Source of the DNA: Bacteroidales bacterium
Lineage (GTDB): Bacteria; Bacteroidota; Bacteroidia; Bacteroidales; PXBB01
NCBI GenBank assembly: GCA_028698995.1
Contig: JAQVVM010000017.1
Location: 1,588-65,587 of the forward strand
Reading direction: 5' to 3'
Length of the DNA: 64,000 nt
Made by a program: the position numbers and the translations under genes. The notes under the pieces are model-generated. The model was not told where the DNA came from, did no database searches, and was given only the letters and a program-made list of their open reading frames with translations. Of the stretch, positions 36,354-46,400 are shown one piece after another (positions within the stretch are counted from its first letter, which is position 1; the number at the start of each line of letters is the position of its first letter).

Positions 36354-37313
36354 CTACAAATTTCTGTTTACAGATGGATGTTGATTTTTATTTTTTTTAA
36401 AAAAAGTGGGATTCACCTGAATGCCTATGTAAGGAATAAAAGAAAAACCTTTAAATTTAGTTTGACTGCCATCAAGAAGCATGTAATTTCCATAATTCTG
36501 GTAATAGATAGCGAAAGAAGGTACTAGGTAAATAAATTTGTATCCTAGTTTTAAATTGATAAAACCGCCAACCGAAGAAAAATTCTGATTCTGATTAATA
36601 AAGTCAATAAGCTCAGGCGAGACACTGTTGAGAGTGTCATATATATTTTCATTATTTATACCATACTTAATGAATGAATGACTGTAAACCAATCCCCATC
36701 CAAAGCTGCCATACTTTTCATCAGATCCGAATGGCAAACTGAAAATGAGTGGAAACAACATGTCTTTTCTATTAAATTCGAAATCCAGTAAACTCTGAAC
36801 TTTATCTAAGCCACTCCAACTTGGTAAATTATAGCTTTTTGATGAATATTGAAAACCTATACTACCATGAATGTTATTGTTCTCATTTTCGTTTTTGGAT
36901 GTTCCGAGAAACTGGTACCTTCCATCAAAAACATGGGTTCCCGAAGTATATCTATAACCTATGTCTGTATTTGGTAATATTCCGTAACGCAGGTAAAAAC
37001 CATAACCTGACCCAAAAGGATCCAAAGCATAAGCCATCGCACTTTTATTAAGTTGAAGAACCTGATCATCAAGAATAATGCTGTCTTCATTCAAAATTGG
37101 TGTTACAATGCCTTCGATATTATTATAAAGTTCTTTGGCAAAATGGGTGGATATGTTTGCAGAAAAATCTCCTCCAACAACTATGTTTTTGTGTGCAGTT
37201 ACTTTCCCTGAATTAAAAACAGCTCTTGGGGGCGTGCATGACTCACTAAAAAAAAATATTACAATAATTAAAAATAATAAAATGTGCGAGAAGCTTATTA
37301 TACTTTTATTCAT
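36354..37313 (-). CDS. Hypothetical outer-membrane beta-barrel-like protein
   Basis: N-terminal hydrophobic/lipoprotein-like segment (LFLIIVIFFFSESC). The sequence is rich in alternating Tyr/Gly/Phe beta-strand patterns (GYRYTSGTHVFDGRYQF, GFINLKLGYKFIYLVPSFAIYYQNYG). I recognise no family. Confidence 0.55.
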   Translation of the reverse strand: MNKSIISFSHILLFLIIVIFFFSESCTPPRAVFNSGKVTAHKNIVVGGDFSANISTHFAKELYNNIEGIVTPILNEDSIILDDQVLQLNKSAMAYALDPFGSGYGFYLRYGILPNTDIGYRYTSGTHVFDGRYQFLGTSKNENENNNIHGSIGFQYSSKSYNLPSWSGLDKVQSLLDFEFNRKDMLFPLIFSLPFGSDEKYGSFGWGLVYSHSFIKYGINNENIYDTLNSVSPELIDFINQNQNFSSVGGFINLKLGYKFIYLVPSFAIYYQNYGNYMLLDGSQTKFKGFSFIPYIGIQVNPTFFKKNKNQHPSVNRNL

Positions 37314-37479
37314 CTAAGGTTAAAATTTGAATTATAATGCAAAATTAAAAACATATATTTGATTTATTAATTTATTTTAGTTTTCAAAACAGTTTTAATC
37401 TATAATTCATTGATATCTGAATCAGATTAAAAAAAAATAATATTTTTAAAAAAAAAGTTTATAGAATTAAAAAAAAGAT

Positions 37480-37487
37480 TAATTTTG
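37480..37487 (+). promoter_or_regulatory. Candidate -7 promoter box (TAATTTTG) for rplS
   Basis: Matches TAnnTTTG and lies 50 nt upstream of the rplS ATG in an otherwise A-rich leader. Confidence 0.35.
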
Positions 37488-37537
37488 CACTTCCATTTTA
37501 GAAGGCAAATATATATAAATAATAAAATATAAATAAA

Positions 37538-37894
37538 ATGAACCGCAGCGAGACAATCCAATTTGTACAGCAAACATATGTACCTGTTAAAGAATTACCT
37601 GCTTTTAAAGCAGGAGACACAATAAGTATGAGTTATAAAATCATTGAAGGGAATAAAGAGCGTATCCAGCAGTTTCAGGGTGTTGTAATACAAAGGTCAG
37701 GCAGTGGTGCTTCCGAAACTTTTACTGTTAGAAAGATTTCTGGTAATATTGGTGTAGAAAGAATTATACCTGTTTCCTCGCCGTTTGTGGAAGAAATTAA
37801 AGTGAATAAAAGAGGTTTGGTTCGAAGAGCAAGAATTTATTATCTTCGAGATCTTAAGGGAAAGAAAGCCAAAATCAAAGAAAAGAAATACTAA
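37538..37894 (+). CDS. rplS: 50S ribosomal protein L19
   Basis: [60 protein letters not shown] is the canonical L19 sequence. Length is 118 aa. Confidence 0.95.
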   Translation: MNRSETIQFVQQTYVPVKELPAFKAGDTISMSYKIIEGNKERIQQFQGVVIQRSGSGASETFTVRKISGNIGVERIIPVSSPFVEEIKVNKRGLVRRARIYYLRDLKGKKAKIKEKKY

Positions 37895-37901
37895 TTTCTA
37901 C

Positions 37902-37930
37902 AAAAACCATCCTCCAGATGGTTTTTTTTT
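37902..37930 (+). terminator. Rho-independent terminator of rplS
   Basis: The 10-bp stem aaaaaccatc / gatggttttt (37902-37911 / 37917-37926) has a 5-nt loop and runs into a T9 tract ending at 37930. Confidence 0.8.
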
Positions 37931-38132
37931 GCAAAAAAAACAAATTTATCTTGAGAAAAAGCACTGGCTGAGGTGTTGTATTCATTTATAATGAAAATAA
38001 TACATTTGAAACAATTATAAATATTGTAATGTGCCGAGAATTTGTACATATCTTTCAAATTCACTCACAATATAAAAGGAAGGCTATTCTCGTATATTTT
38101 AAGATGATGTATTGTCAAAAAGACCTGAGGAA

Positions 38133-38537
38133 TCAAAAAATCGAACTTTCTCCGAAAAAATTCATATATTCTCCTGAATTTTTTCCATAAGCTTCAAATG
38201 TATCATCAGAAATTTTATAGGTGCATTTCTGACCTTTAATTTTTGAGAAAACGATGTTATGTTGTTTCCCGTTCTCATCAATCATATAAATTTTTGCCAG
38301 ATTTTTTGTTTCATACTCCTTAGCATCCAGGTTCTCATAACAAATCGGACAAATAAAATTAACATGGTCACCATCTTTGTATTTGACCGAAGGATGGCTT
38401 TTATAACTGTAATCACCTATCTCAGGGCTGATAAGAACAAGGCCTGAAGCCCCGGATTTTGTTTTTGTCAGGAAAATAATGTCTTTTTCAATCATTAACT
38501 GACCTTTGCAATGAGGACAAATATAATTTTTGCTCAT
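38133..38537 (-). CDS. Hypothetical zinc-ribbon protein
   Basis: 134 aa with two CxxC pairs (CPHCKG ... CPICYE) and no signal peptide. Confidence 0.55.
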   Translation of the reverse strand: MSKNYICPHCKGQLMIEKDIIFLTKTKSGASGLVLISPEIGDYSYKSHPSVKYKDGDHVNFICPICYENLDAKEYETKNLAKIYMIDENGKQHNIVFSKIKGQKCTYKISDDTFEAYGKNSGEYMNFFGESSIF

Positions 38538-38609
38538 GGGAACCTCCTTAATTTTTAGTATTTAGTTTTCAAAAATAAGAAAAAATTAAATATTATGAAA
38601 ATAATTTAA

Positions 38610-39344
38610 TTATTTATTTAGGATAACAAGTTTGGCCTGCATTCCATTATCCAACATCATCAAGTACATTCCTTGTTGCAAATCATTTGTATGCATTTCT
38701 GTGACATTTTCAAAATAGTTAATAAATTTTCCGTTAATATTGAAAAGTTTAAAGCTGATTTCTTCATTGAATGAAACAACATTTTCTGACACGGGATTTG
38801 GAAAATATTGAAATGTTTTTTGAGCATTATCTTCTTCAATAGATACATTGCTATTGCTGGCACCAGGGGTAGGGAAGTTAAAATAAAGCCAGTTATTATT
38901 GCCGTTGGGATATCTTCCGTAGGAGATGTCAGTAATTTGTTGGCCAAAAGTAACAGAATCAATAATTGTCAAACCGTCAGGAGCTATTATCCCTATTTGT
39001 TCGCCTCCGGCACTTAGTTTAAAAGACAGGTGTGTAGGGCCGTATTGCAAAGTATCATTGTCAGCCCAGAGAATCAAATAACCTTGGGGCGGGATTTTGG
39101 TAATGGCATATCCTGCCGGTATCTGATGTTTGTCATTGTTGCCTATAGTATCTGTGATATAAAAGCCGGCAATATTAACTGTGTCATTTCCATAGTTGTA
39201 GATCTCAAACCAATCGTTGTATTCCCCAAATTCATCAGAAATAATACTTGCATTACTGGCCATTATTTCATTAATTTTCAACGTTTGAGAGAAAACGAAG
39301 TTTTGAGATAAAAGAAATAATAATATAAGTGATAAATTTTTCAT
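38610..39344 (-). CDS. Stand-alone lamin-tail-domain (LTD) protein with T9SS type-A sorting domain
   Basis: Signal peptide. The LTD reads LKINEIMASNASIISDEFGEYNDWFEIYNYGNDTVNIAGFYITD...LILWADND...LSFKLSAGGEQIGI...ISYGRYPNG. The tail reads FQYFPNPVSENVVSF...FKLFNINGKFI...GMYLMMLDNGMQAKLVILNK. By eye it is roughly half identical to the LTD+tail of the 856-aa CotH protein. Confidence 0.8.
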   Translation of the reverse strand: MKNLSLILLFLLSQNFVFSQTLKINEIMASNASIISDEFGEYNDWFEIYNYGNDTVNIAGFYITDTIGNNDKHQIPAGYAITKIPPQGYLILWADNDTLQYGPTHLSFKLSAGGEQIGIIAPDGLTIIDSVTFGQQITDISYGRYPNGNNNWLYFNFPTPGASNSNVSIEEDNAQKTFQYFPNPVSENVVSFNEEISFKLFNINGKFINYFENVTEMHTNDLQQGMYLMMLDNGMQAKLVILNK

Positions 39345-39413
39345 AAAACTTAGATTTTGGAAACAAAAGTAAAAAACAAATTTAATAATAGTGAATGTTT
39401 TTAATAAATATTA

Positions 39414-42400
39414 CTAATTAAAACCACATATTAGTTTTTTTGATACAGAATAATTGTTTGTTTTAAGTATGATAATATAAACACCTGACGTAAAAGATTC
39501 TACATCAAGAATTAGATTCTCTGCAATTTTTTCAGTAAAAAGAAAAGAATGAACAAGATGCCCCAAAACATCATAAACTTCAATCGAGCCACTTTCTCTT
39601 GCCGGTAAATCAAAGTCAATAAATACCATATTGCTTGCTGGATTAGGATAAATCTTCAACTCAGGTTTATTCGTGAAAATGTAATCTTCAACATTGCTTG
39701 ATAGTCCGACAGTAAATTGCATATATACTTCCCCACCAAAATCAGAATTGAAATTTTTAAGAATAGTGGGATTGTATGCACTTTTAAAACGCAGATAACC
39801 ATTACCTTGGGATGTATTTGCCCACCATGTAAGCCCGTCTTCTCCTGTGTCAGTGAGTTTAAATTCGTAACAACCATCTGTCAGTTCAAGTGTATCACGG
39901 TAAATTGTATTTGCAGTCAATCCGGAACGCGACAATATTATATTTCCATTATTATCGCTTAGAGTAAATGCATTCTGGGATGGATAATTGTTAGTTTTGA
40001 ATTCAATCATAAATTTTGATGGCATAACCGGAACATAAGTAAAGGGAGTTGTCCTTGTATTGTTGTTTGTGTATTGATCGGTTCCGCCGTTTGGATTACT
40101 GATTGTAGTTGTAAAAGTAGTTGCACCTTGCATCCACGCAAAGGTGTCGAGCTGGACAGTAGCTGTTTCGGTGAATTTGAGAAGACCGGTCCAGTGAAAT
40201 ACAGATGTGTTTGCACCTGTTATACCGTAGGTAATATCTAAAGAGGTGAGATTTGTTATGCCATTATTTTTAATAATTACTGAAGGGTTTTTGCAGATTG
40301 GATTTAAACGACCCCACATTTGGTCTTTAGTGGGAGATAATACATTTTCAATAGCAGCATCTAATATGAAATTTGGTGCTCCGTAAGTAACCAACTGGTC
40401 CTCTATCTGATAATAGTTCCACCCTCCTGTGCTTGTATATGGTTGTACATCATGATCAAGAGTGATTGAATCACCTGCGGTGATAAAAGGCGTAATTTCA
40501 AAATCGTAAGTCCATACTTCAGCCCCAGGACACCAGTTAGCTCTGTCATAAACCCATGTACCTCCTTGGGGATAAAGAGGGTTAAGGTCACAGTTGTTAC
40601 GCCAGACAAGTTGAGTGAATTTAAGGCTGTCGTTTACTTTAAAAAAATGATTTTTTGCACAAAACTCCGAGCAATTTTGAGGTGTGTCCATACCATGACC
40701 TGTTATTCTTGATTTCCAACGCGCAGTTTGAGCATTACTTGGAATATAAACCTGTTTGGGTATCAAATGGTTTTCAATAGGATCAGCAGTTTGTCCGTAA
40801 TTAAAACCTCCGTTCCACAAGTTCTGAATACCAATCACATCTCTGGGAGGGGTTCCTTTTATCATGACGAAACGCATGTCGAGAAGTTCTTGCCAGTTAC
40901 CGGCTGTCAAATGAACACTATCTGAGAGCAATGTGCGATAGTCGGTAACATCAAAAGTCCATGTCCATCCTGAACCAAGACTAAGCCCGTTACCATAGGG
41001 TGTAATGTAACGTGCCAGTTCATATCTGATTACCTGAGGAAATTTTTTATAATAGTCATAATAGCTGAGAATCATAGTACTGTCTGGTGATACATAGACT
41101 GAATCAGTAATTATACCTGATGCATTGTAGAGATAAGTGTAATAATCAGCCAGCCATACATTGAGTGTATCAACCGGAAGTCCGGGATTATAAATAGAAT
41201 CTGTGTAAGTGATAATCTGTACAGGGGTGTTTACTGCAGAATCTAAAACGAATACAGAATCAATGTGGGAAGTGAAAATCCCTTGTTGGAAATTTACATT
41301 GGGTCTCAAACTACTTGTGGTAAAATCGCTGACATAATCAATGGCATTTTTCATGGGGTTACCTATACTTGTAAAGATGGCATCAGAATGGTTTGCCGGT
41401 GCACTGTCAATAGCTGAAATATAGCTGTTATCGTTAAATTTATAGTAAACCACAAGGTTATTGTAATACTGATCAGAAGTTGTAATTCCTTTTTGCATGT
41501 GGTTTTGAATGGCAGACTGGTTAAGTTCGGTGTTGAATACAGCAAATTCATCCATCCGCCCTTCGTAGGATTGTGAACTATTTTCAGTCCCTTTACCAAT
41601 ATGAAATTTTGTGATTTCTTTAAAAGAGCGTAATTTTGAATTACCACTATGCCATAGTACACCATTAAGGTAAATTTTCATAGAGCCGGAGGTGACATTC
41701 TTTGTAAAAGACCAGTAATTCCATCTTCCTTTAATGATATCGGCTGTGGCTGCTTTATTGATGCGATCAAAAGAACTACCATCATTACCTGCATCCCAGT
41801 AAATACTATTGTCCGACCATGGAACATGAGCATTTAATACCCTGTTCCCATTTGTATCAACTGCTTCAAAACAACTTCCGTTCTGGGGTTGTAATAGGGC
41901 ATCTCCATACGCCCAAAAAGAAACAGTTATCAGTGAGTCAATCTGCTTGAGATCACTGTTCATTGGAACATTGACATAACCACCATTATGAATACTAATA
42001 CATCTGTCGTCGCCCTTACGGAACAAACTTGATTGAAATGCCACATCAGAAGCTTTGACAATATTATCTGAGCCTGGTAATGAATTGTCAAAACAAACAT
42101 CAAGGATAATATTACTTGTCCCATCCCAGTAAAATGGTGTAAGGAATTGCAAGCTTTGCCATCCGTTTGAAGCAAATAAGGTATTATGTCTGTAAACCTC
42201 AGTGAAACCAATATTGTTGAAATTATTTTGAGATAGGGAATCTAATGGGCTTAACAACATTCGTAAAACAAGGTTTTTTAGCTCGCTACCTGATGTATGA
42301 ATATCGAATTGAATACCTGTAATATTGCCAGCTACCATGCCTGAAACTGTAAGTTCCGAAGCTTTCCATAAATATTGTGTTCTTGATACCGGTGACGAGG

Positions 42401-42851
42401 AAGCGAAAGGGAGTACTGACTGAATTGAATCATTTCCCAAAACGAATGTGTTGAGCGAAGTGGTATCATCATGAACTACGTTGTAATGCCAACCGGTTTG
42501 ATACGAATAAGTAGGATTATTAACAAAACTGAATGTGTCTTTTATATTGCCATTTACAAGATAAACAGGCTGGTGAACAATAGAGGAGTCTGTCAGCCCT
42601 GTATGGTCGTGAAGATAGGTATATGTAAGATAATCCCACTCTCCGCAAGCCGGATTTTGAGCAGGATTACATTTAAGAGTATAGAGCATTAATATCTTTT
42701 CAAATCTTACAGTATCTGCTGGAAACTGAAACCATGCATCCTGTGGTGATCCAAAAGTAAAAGTTTGCACTGTAATAGTGTCATTGGACTGACTTAGGGC
42801 TCTTAAGCTCATCGAACTTAGTACAATACAGAGTAGCATAATTTTTCTCAT
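39414..42851 (-). CDS. Large T9SS-secreted protein with PNGase-F-like beta-sandwich segments and a LamG/concanavalin-like insertion
   Basis: Signal peptide. The N-terminal block is TFTFGSP..FQFP...FEKILMLYTLKCNP...CGEWDYLTYTYL. The later block is NCSEFCAKNHFFKVND...WRNNCDLNPLYPQGGTWVYDRANWCPG, as I recall for peptide-N-glycosidase-F-related proteins. The LamG-like region reads ITVSFWAY...RWNYWSFTKNVTSGSMKIYLNGVLWHSG...GRMDEFAVFN. The type-A tail reads LKIYPNPASNMVFIDF...IEVYDVLGHLV...GVYIIILKTNN. Confidence 0.6.
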   Translation of the reverse strand: MRKIMLLCIVLSSMSLRALSQSNDTITVQTFTFGSPQDAWFQFPADTVRFEKILMLYTLKCNPAQNPACGEWDYLTYTYLHDHTGLTDSSIVHQPVYLVNGNIKDTFSFVNNPTYSYQTGWHYNVVHDDTTSLNTFVLGNDSIQSVLPFASSSPVSRTQYLWKASELTVSGMVAGNITGIQFDIHTSGSELKNLVLRMLLSPLDSLSQNNFNNIGFTEVYRHNTLFASNGWQSLQFLTPFYWDGTSNIILDVCFDNSLPGSDNIVKASDVAFQSSLFRKGDDRCISIHNGGYVNVPMNSDLKQIDSLITVSFWAYGDALLQPQNGSCFEAVDTNGNRVLNAHVPWSDNSIYWDAGNDGSSFDRINKAATADIIKGRWNYWSFTKNVTSGSMKIYLNGVLWHSGNSKLRSFKEITKFHIGKGTENSSQSYEGRMDEFAVFNTELNQSAIQNHMQKGITTSDQYYNNLVVYYKFNDNSYISAIDSAPANHSDAIFTSIGNPMKNAIDYVSDFTTSSLRPNVNFQQGIFTSHIDSVFVLDSAVNTPVQIITYTDSIYNPGLPVDTLNVWLADYYTYLYNASGIITDSVYVSPDSTMILSYYDYYKKFPQVIRYELARYITPYGNGLSLGSGWTWTFDVTDYRTLLSDSVHLTAGNWQELLDMRFVMIKGTPPRDVIGIQNLWNGGFNYGQTADPIENHLIPKQVYIPSNAQTARWKSRITGHGMDTPQNCSEFCAKNHFFKVNDSLKFTQLVWRNNCDLNPLYPQGGTWVYDRANWCPGAEVWTYDFEITPFITAGDSITLDHDVQPYTSTGGWNYYQIEDQLVTYGAPNFILDAAIENVLSPTKDQMWGRLNPICKNPSVIIKNNGITNLTSLDITYGITGANTSVFHWTGLLKFTETATVQLDTFAWMQGATTFTTTISNPNGGTDQYTNNNTRTTPFTYVPVMPSKFMIEFKTNNYPSQNAFTLSDNNGNIILSRSGLTANTIYRDTLELTDGCYEFKLTDTGEDGLTWWANTSQGNGYLRFKSAYNPTILKNFNSDFGGEVYMQFTVGLSSNVEDYIFTNKPELKIYPNPASNMVFIDFDLPARESGSIEVYDVLGHLVHSFLFTEKIAENLILDVESFTSGVYIIILKTNNYSVSKKLICGFN

Positions 42852-43025
42852 AGGTATTACTATTAAAATATTGAAGGATTTATAATAACAAAAATAACTA
42901 ATTTTATTAATTATAATCTAAAAGCAAGACAGGATATATTAAAAAAAAAAGTTTTAAATATAATGTGATATTAAAGCACCTTAGTTATTTTACGAGAACA
43001 TACAACAACCTAAAAACTATCAAAA

Positions 43026-45596
43026 TCAGTATAAAATCAATTTTAAAATTTCTTTTTTATTAATGCATAAGAGGTAAACTCCTTTATTCAGATGGCTGAT
43101 ATCTACTTTTATAACATTTTCAGCGTAGAGCTTTAATTTACCAAAAAGATCCATGATTTCAACTGAACTGACTTCTCTGTTAAAGTTTATTATCCCTGTT
43201 GTGGGGTTCGGGAAAGCAAATAATTGTGAAGATTCATAATTGCTTTGAATCAGGGTTAGTGTATTTGAGCTTCCCGGACTTGGTGTAGCAAAATCTCTCC
43301 AGTAGTTATATCCATCAGGATAACGTCCGTATGAAATATTTTGGGTTTGATTTCCAAAAGAAATATTGTCAATGAGGTTAATAGAAGTGTCATACAAAGC
43401 TACCAATTCACCTGTGCCTGTCAGTTTAAAGTTCAGGTGGAGAGGACCCTGAACAGATTCTCCATCAGCCCATAGCAGAAGAAATCCATAAGGTGGTATC
43501 TTTGTCTGTGGGTTTCCAAAAGGGATTTGATGTTTTGTTGGTTGTGAATAATTATCACTCAGATAAAATCCTTCAATATTAATTGTATCATTATTTGGAT
43601 TGTAAATTTCTATCCAATCATCAAAGTCGCCAAATTCATCAGAAACAGTAGCAGAATTGGATGCCATAAGTTCATTTATAAAAAGCAGACGTGGTACATA
43701 AGAAGAATCTATCTCAAATATAGCAGTAAAAGTGGTATCTGAATTGAGATTAAGTTGTATGTTGGGATTGGATGAAGTAGTACCTGCCCATTGTTTGAAC
43801 TTGTAACCCGGCTTTGGCACAGCATTCATAGGAATTGGTATGTCGTGAAAGTAAATGCCTGACCAAGGAAATTCCGAAGGGCAGATGGAACTTATTCTTA
43901 TATAACCCATTGTGGTGTCGTTAACATTTAAAGTTACAGAGGCTGTATCGGAGATATCCGTGGCAGTAATTTCAATCTCATTGAAATAGTCCATGATATA
44001 TTTTCTGATAAAGCTTGGTCGGTATTGTGCAAACTCTCTTAAATGTTCAATGTTATTATTCCATTGAGACATATCATTGGGTTTCGACCATCGGGCGATA
44101 TGCTGAGGCATAGCAGTGCTGTATTGTTGTTGAAATTGATTAATTTTTTCGACTACATAAGCAGCATTAAAATTTGTATTGAGCATATCAGCAAAGCGGT
44201 TAACAAAATCGTTTCTGAATTTGGGATTTTGCAACATCTTACGTAATTGCATGGTTGCATATGGCTGATTTGTATCCCATGAAGGAGGTGTTGTAGGTCC
44301 ATTGGGTGTTGTGGCAAAATCTAATGTATTGTTGTCGTAGTGGTTGTAGGGCTCAAGGCCGAATCCAAAGTCAGTGTCAAAAACAATCCAACGCCATTTA
44401 CCACCGGTAACTTTAGGACGCCAGAAGTCACGGTTATTACTTGGCCAGTCAATATTTGCAAAGTAAATTTGTGCAATATTATAATCAGTAAAGTTATTAA
44501 TGTCAATCATTGATGACATATAATCATAGTTTGAGTTGATTGTCATATCAGCACTTTCCAAAAAGTAATACCACATAAAATAGTGCAGGTTGTCGCCCTC
44601 ATTTACAATACCGTGTTTTTCAAGATAGTCGATATTATCAGAGGAAACATTACCATTGGAACTAATAAAATATTTGTCAATTCTTTCTCTAAGGTTGTGT
44701 ATTCCCCAGAATTCTCCATTGATAAACATAACAGATGGGAGGCTTGCCTGATATTCAAGCCCACTACCCATTTCAGAAACCAAATCCGACATGAAGGCGT
44801 CTCTGAACATGGTACTCGTATTATCATTTCCGGAATTCCTCAACATGATTGTTTTGAAACTACTTATATTTTTATCAGTGAAGAAGGGAAATGTGAAAAA
44901 GGTATCGGCATAAAGTCGTAAAGCTTTTTGTGGAATTAAACGCGTATCACCGCCATGAATACGCACATTAACTGTTTCAGAAAGTTGTTTTATTCCATTT
45001 AAATCAAAAAACTCAAAAATTGCTGGACGTTCCCATAAGCTCCCCGTCTGGAAATAATTTCCGGTATTGTCATTACCTGATACATAATTAATTCCGGGCA
45101 CATAAATGCCGATGCTGTCAGAAAATAAATTCTCAGGATTTGTAGAAAGAGAAATAACAGGCATATCATACATATTATATATGGCTGTATCCACAAAGTA
45201 TGTATGGGTAACTATTACCGATGGCGCTGAGATTCCTGAAAAACATCTTGCTTTCACTACGGTGCATTTAAAAACCTCGGATGTTGGAGGAACAAAGGTC
45301 CAATTGCCTGTCTGAACAAAATTAGAAGGTATAACTGACAAGACATTGGTGTCGCCAACGCGACTCTTAATAGTCAAAGGTTGTGTAAAAATGTTCGAAT
45401 TACGCGTAGGTTCAGAGCCGTCAAGCGTATAATAAATAGTATCGTTGAGATTATTTGAAGTGATTGAAAGCTGGAATTGTGAAATAAAAAAACCACCATG
45501 ATGTGAAAAAAACGGAGGGTTTAATGCTTGGGCGGTTAAAAAATTCTCTAATAAAAGTAATCTTACAATAATTGTAAGCAAAAAGATATTCTTCAT
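43026..45596 (-). CDS. T9SS-secreted CotH-family kinase-fold protein with N-terminal chitobiase/Fn3-like domain, LTD and type-A sorting domain
   Basis: N-terminal block: SQFQLSITSNNLNDTIYYTLDGSEPT. CotH blocks: PQKALRLYAD, FRDAFMSDLVSEMG, VMFINGEFWGIHNLRERIDKYF, WRWIVFDTDFGFGLEPY. LTD: LFINELMASNSATVSDEFGDFDDWIEIYNPNNDTINIEGFYLSD. Tail: LFAFPNPTTGIINF...VEIMDLFGKL...GVYLLCINKKEILKLILY. Confidence 0.8.
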   Translation of the reverse strand: MKNIFLLTIIVRLLLLENFLTAQALNPPFFSHHGGFFISQFQLSITSNNLNDTIYYTLDGSEPTRNSNIFTQPLTIKSRVGDTNVLSVIPSNFVQTGNWTFVPPTSEVFKCTVVKARCFSGISAPSVIVTHTYFVDTAIYNMYDMPVISLSTNPENLFSDSIGIYVPGINYVSGNDNTGNYFQTGSLWERPAIFEFFDLNGIKQLSETVNVRIHGGDTRLIPQKALRLYADTFFTFPFFTDKNISSFKTIMLRNSGNDNTSTMFRDAFMSDLVSEMGSGLEYQASLPSVMFINGEFWGIHNLRERIDKYFISSNGNVSSDNIDYLEKHGIVNEGDNLHYFMWYYFLESADMTINSNYDYMSSMIDINNFTDYNIAQIYFANIDWPSNNRDFWRPKVTGGKWRWIVFDTDFGFGLEPYNHYDNNTLDFATTPNGPTTPPSWDTNQPYATMQLRKMLQNPKFRNDFVNRFADMLNTNFNAAYVVEKINQFQQQYSTAMPQHIARWSKPNDMSQWNNNIEHLREFAQYRPSFIRKYIMDYFNEIEITATDISDTASVTLNVNDTTMGYIRISSICPSEFPWSGIYFHDIPIPMNAVPKPGYKFKQWAGTTSSNPNIQLNLNSDTTFTAIFEIDSSYVPRLLFINELMASNSATVSDEFGDFDDWIEIYNPNNDTINIEGFYLSDNYSQPTKHQIPFGNPQTKIPPYGFLLLWADGESVQGPLHLNFKLTGTGELVALYDTSINLIDNISFGNQTQNISYGRYPDGYNYWRDFATPSPGSSNTLTLIQSNYESSQLFAFPNPTTGIINFNREVSSVEIMDLFGKLKLYAENVIKVDISHLNKGVYLLCINKKEILKLILY

Positions 45597-45718
45597 AAAT
45601 TTTATTTATCAAGCATTTTATTGCAAATTTATTAAAATTTAAAAGTATTTCACTTTTAATAGGTTGTAAAAAACAATTATTGTTAAAAAAAATCTACATT
45701 TACAAAAAATATTGAATT

Positions 45719-46360
45719 TTGAAGAAAGAGAATGAACCTTTAAGTGCAATCACACATGCTTTGGCGGCACTTCTCTCTGTTGCAGGTCTGATATTGATGG
45801 TAGTTTATGCTGCTCGTTATGGACAGGCATCACATATTATAGGTTTTTCAGTTTTTGGTATAAGTCTCATCATTCTTTACGGGACAAGTGCTATTTACCA
45901 TTTTTTTCAGAGGGAAACCAAAATGAAGAGAATTTTTCAGAGAATTGACCATGCGATGATTTTTATTCTTATTGCAGGGACATATACGCCAATTTCTCTT
46001 GTCATGCCGCAAAGGGCTTGGGGGTGGAGCATATTTGGCATTATATGGGGACTTGCAGTGTTTGGTGTTATTCTAAAACTGACAGGAATTAAAATCAGAG
46101 AATGGATCACTGTGGCTATTTATATTCTTATGGGTTGGCTAGCATTGGTGGCCATTAGCCCTTTAAGGAACTGGCTCTCATCTGAGGCTTTGACATGGTT
46201 ATTTATGGGAGGCGTATTATATACTGCCGGATGCCTGTTTTTTGCCTTGGATAATTTTTTACCCCATCGAAGATGGTTTAATATGCATGATATCTTCCAC
46301 CTTTTTGTAATAGGAGGAAGCTTTTGTCATTTCTGGCTTATGTTTCAATTTATTATATAA
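45719..46360 (+). CDS. Hemolysin-III / PAQR-family membrane protein (apparent TTG start)
   Basis: Seven hydrophobic segments. PAQR motifs are present: SAITHALAALL, RIDHAMIFILIAGTYTP, HDIFHLFVIGGSFCHFW. There is no in-frame ATG before the first conserved motif, so the TTG at 45719 is taken as the start. Confidence 0.8.
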   Translation: MKKENEPLSAITHALAALLSVAGLILMVVYAARYGQASHIIGFSVFGISLIILYGTSAIYHFFQRETKMKRIFQRIDHAMIFILIAGTYTPISLVMPQRAWGWSIFGIIWGLAVFGVILKLTGIKIREWITVAIYILMGWLALVAISPLRNWLSSEALTWLFMGGVLYTAGCLFFALDNFLPHRRWFNMHDIFHLFVIGGSFCHFWLMFQFII

Positions 46361-46400
46361 TTTTATTCCCGATAATTTATTATTTTTACAATAAAAAATC

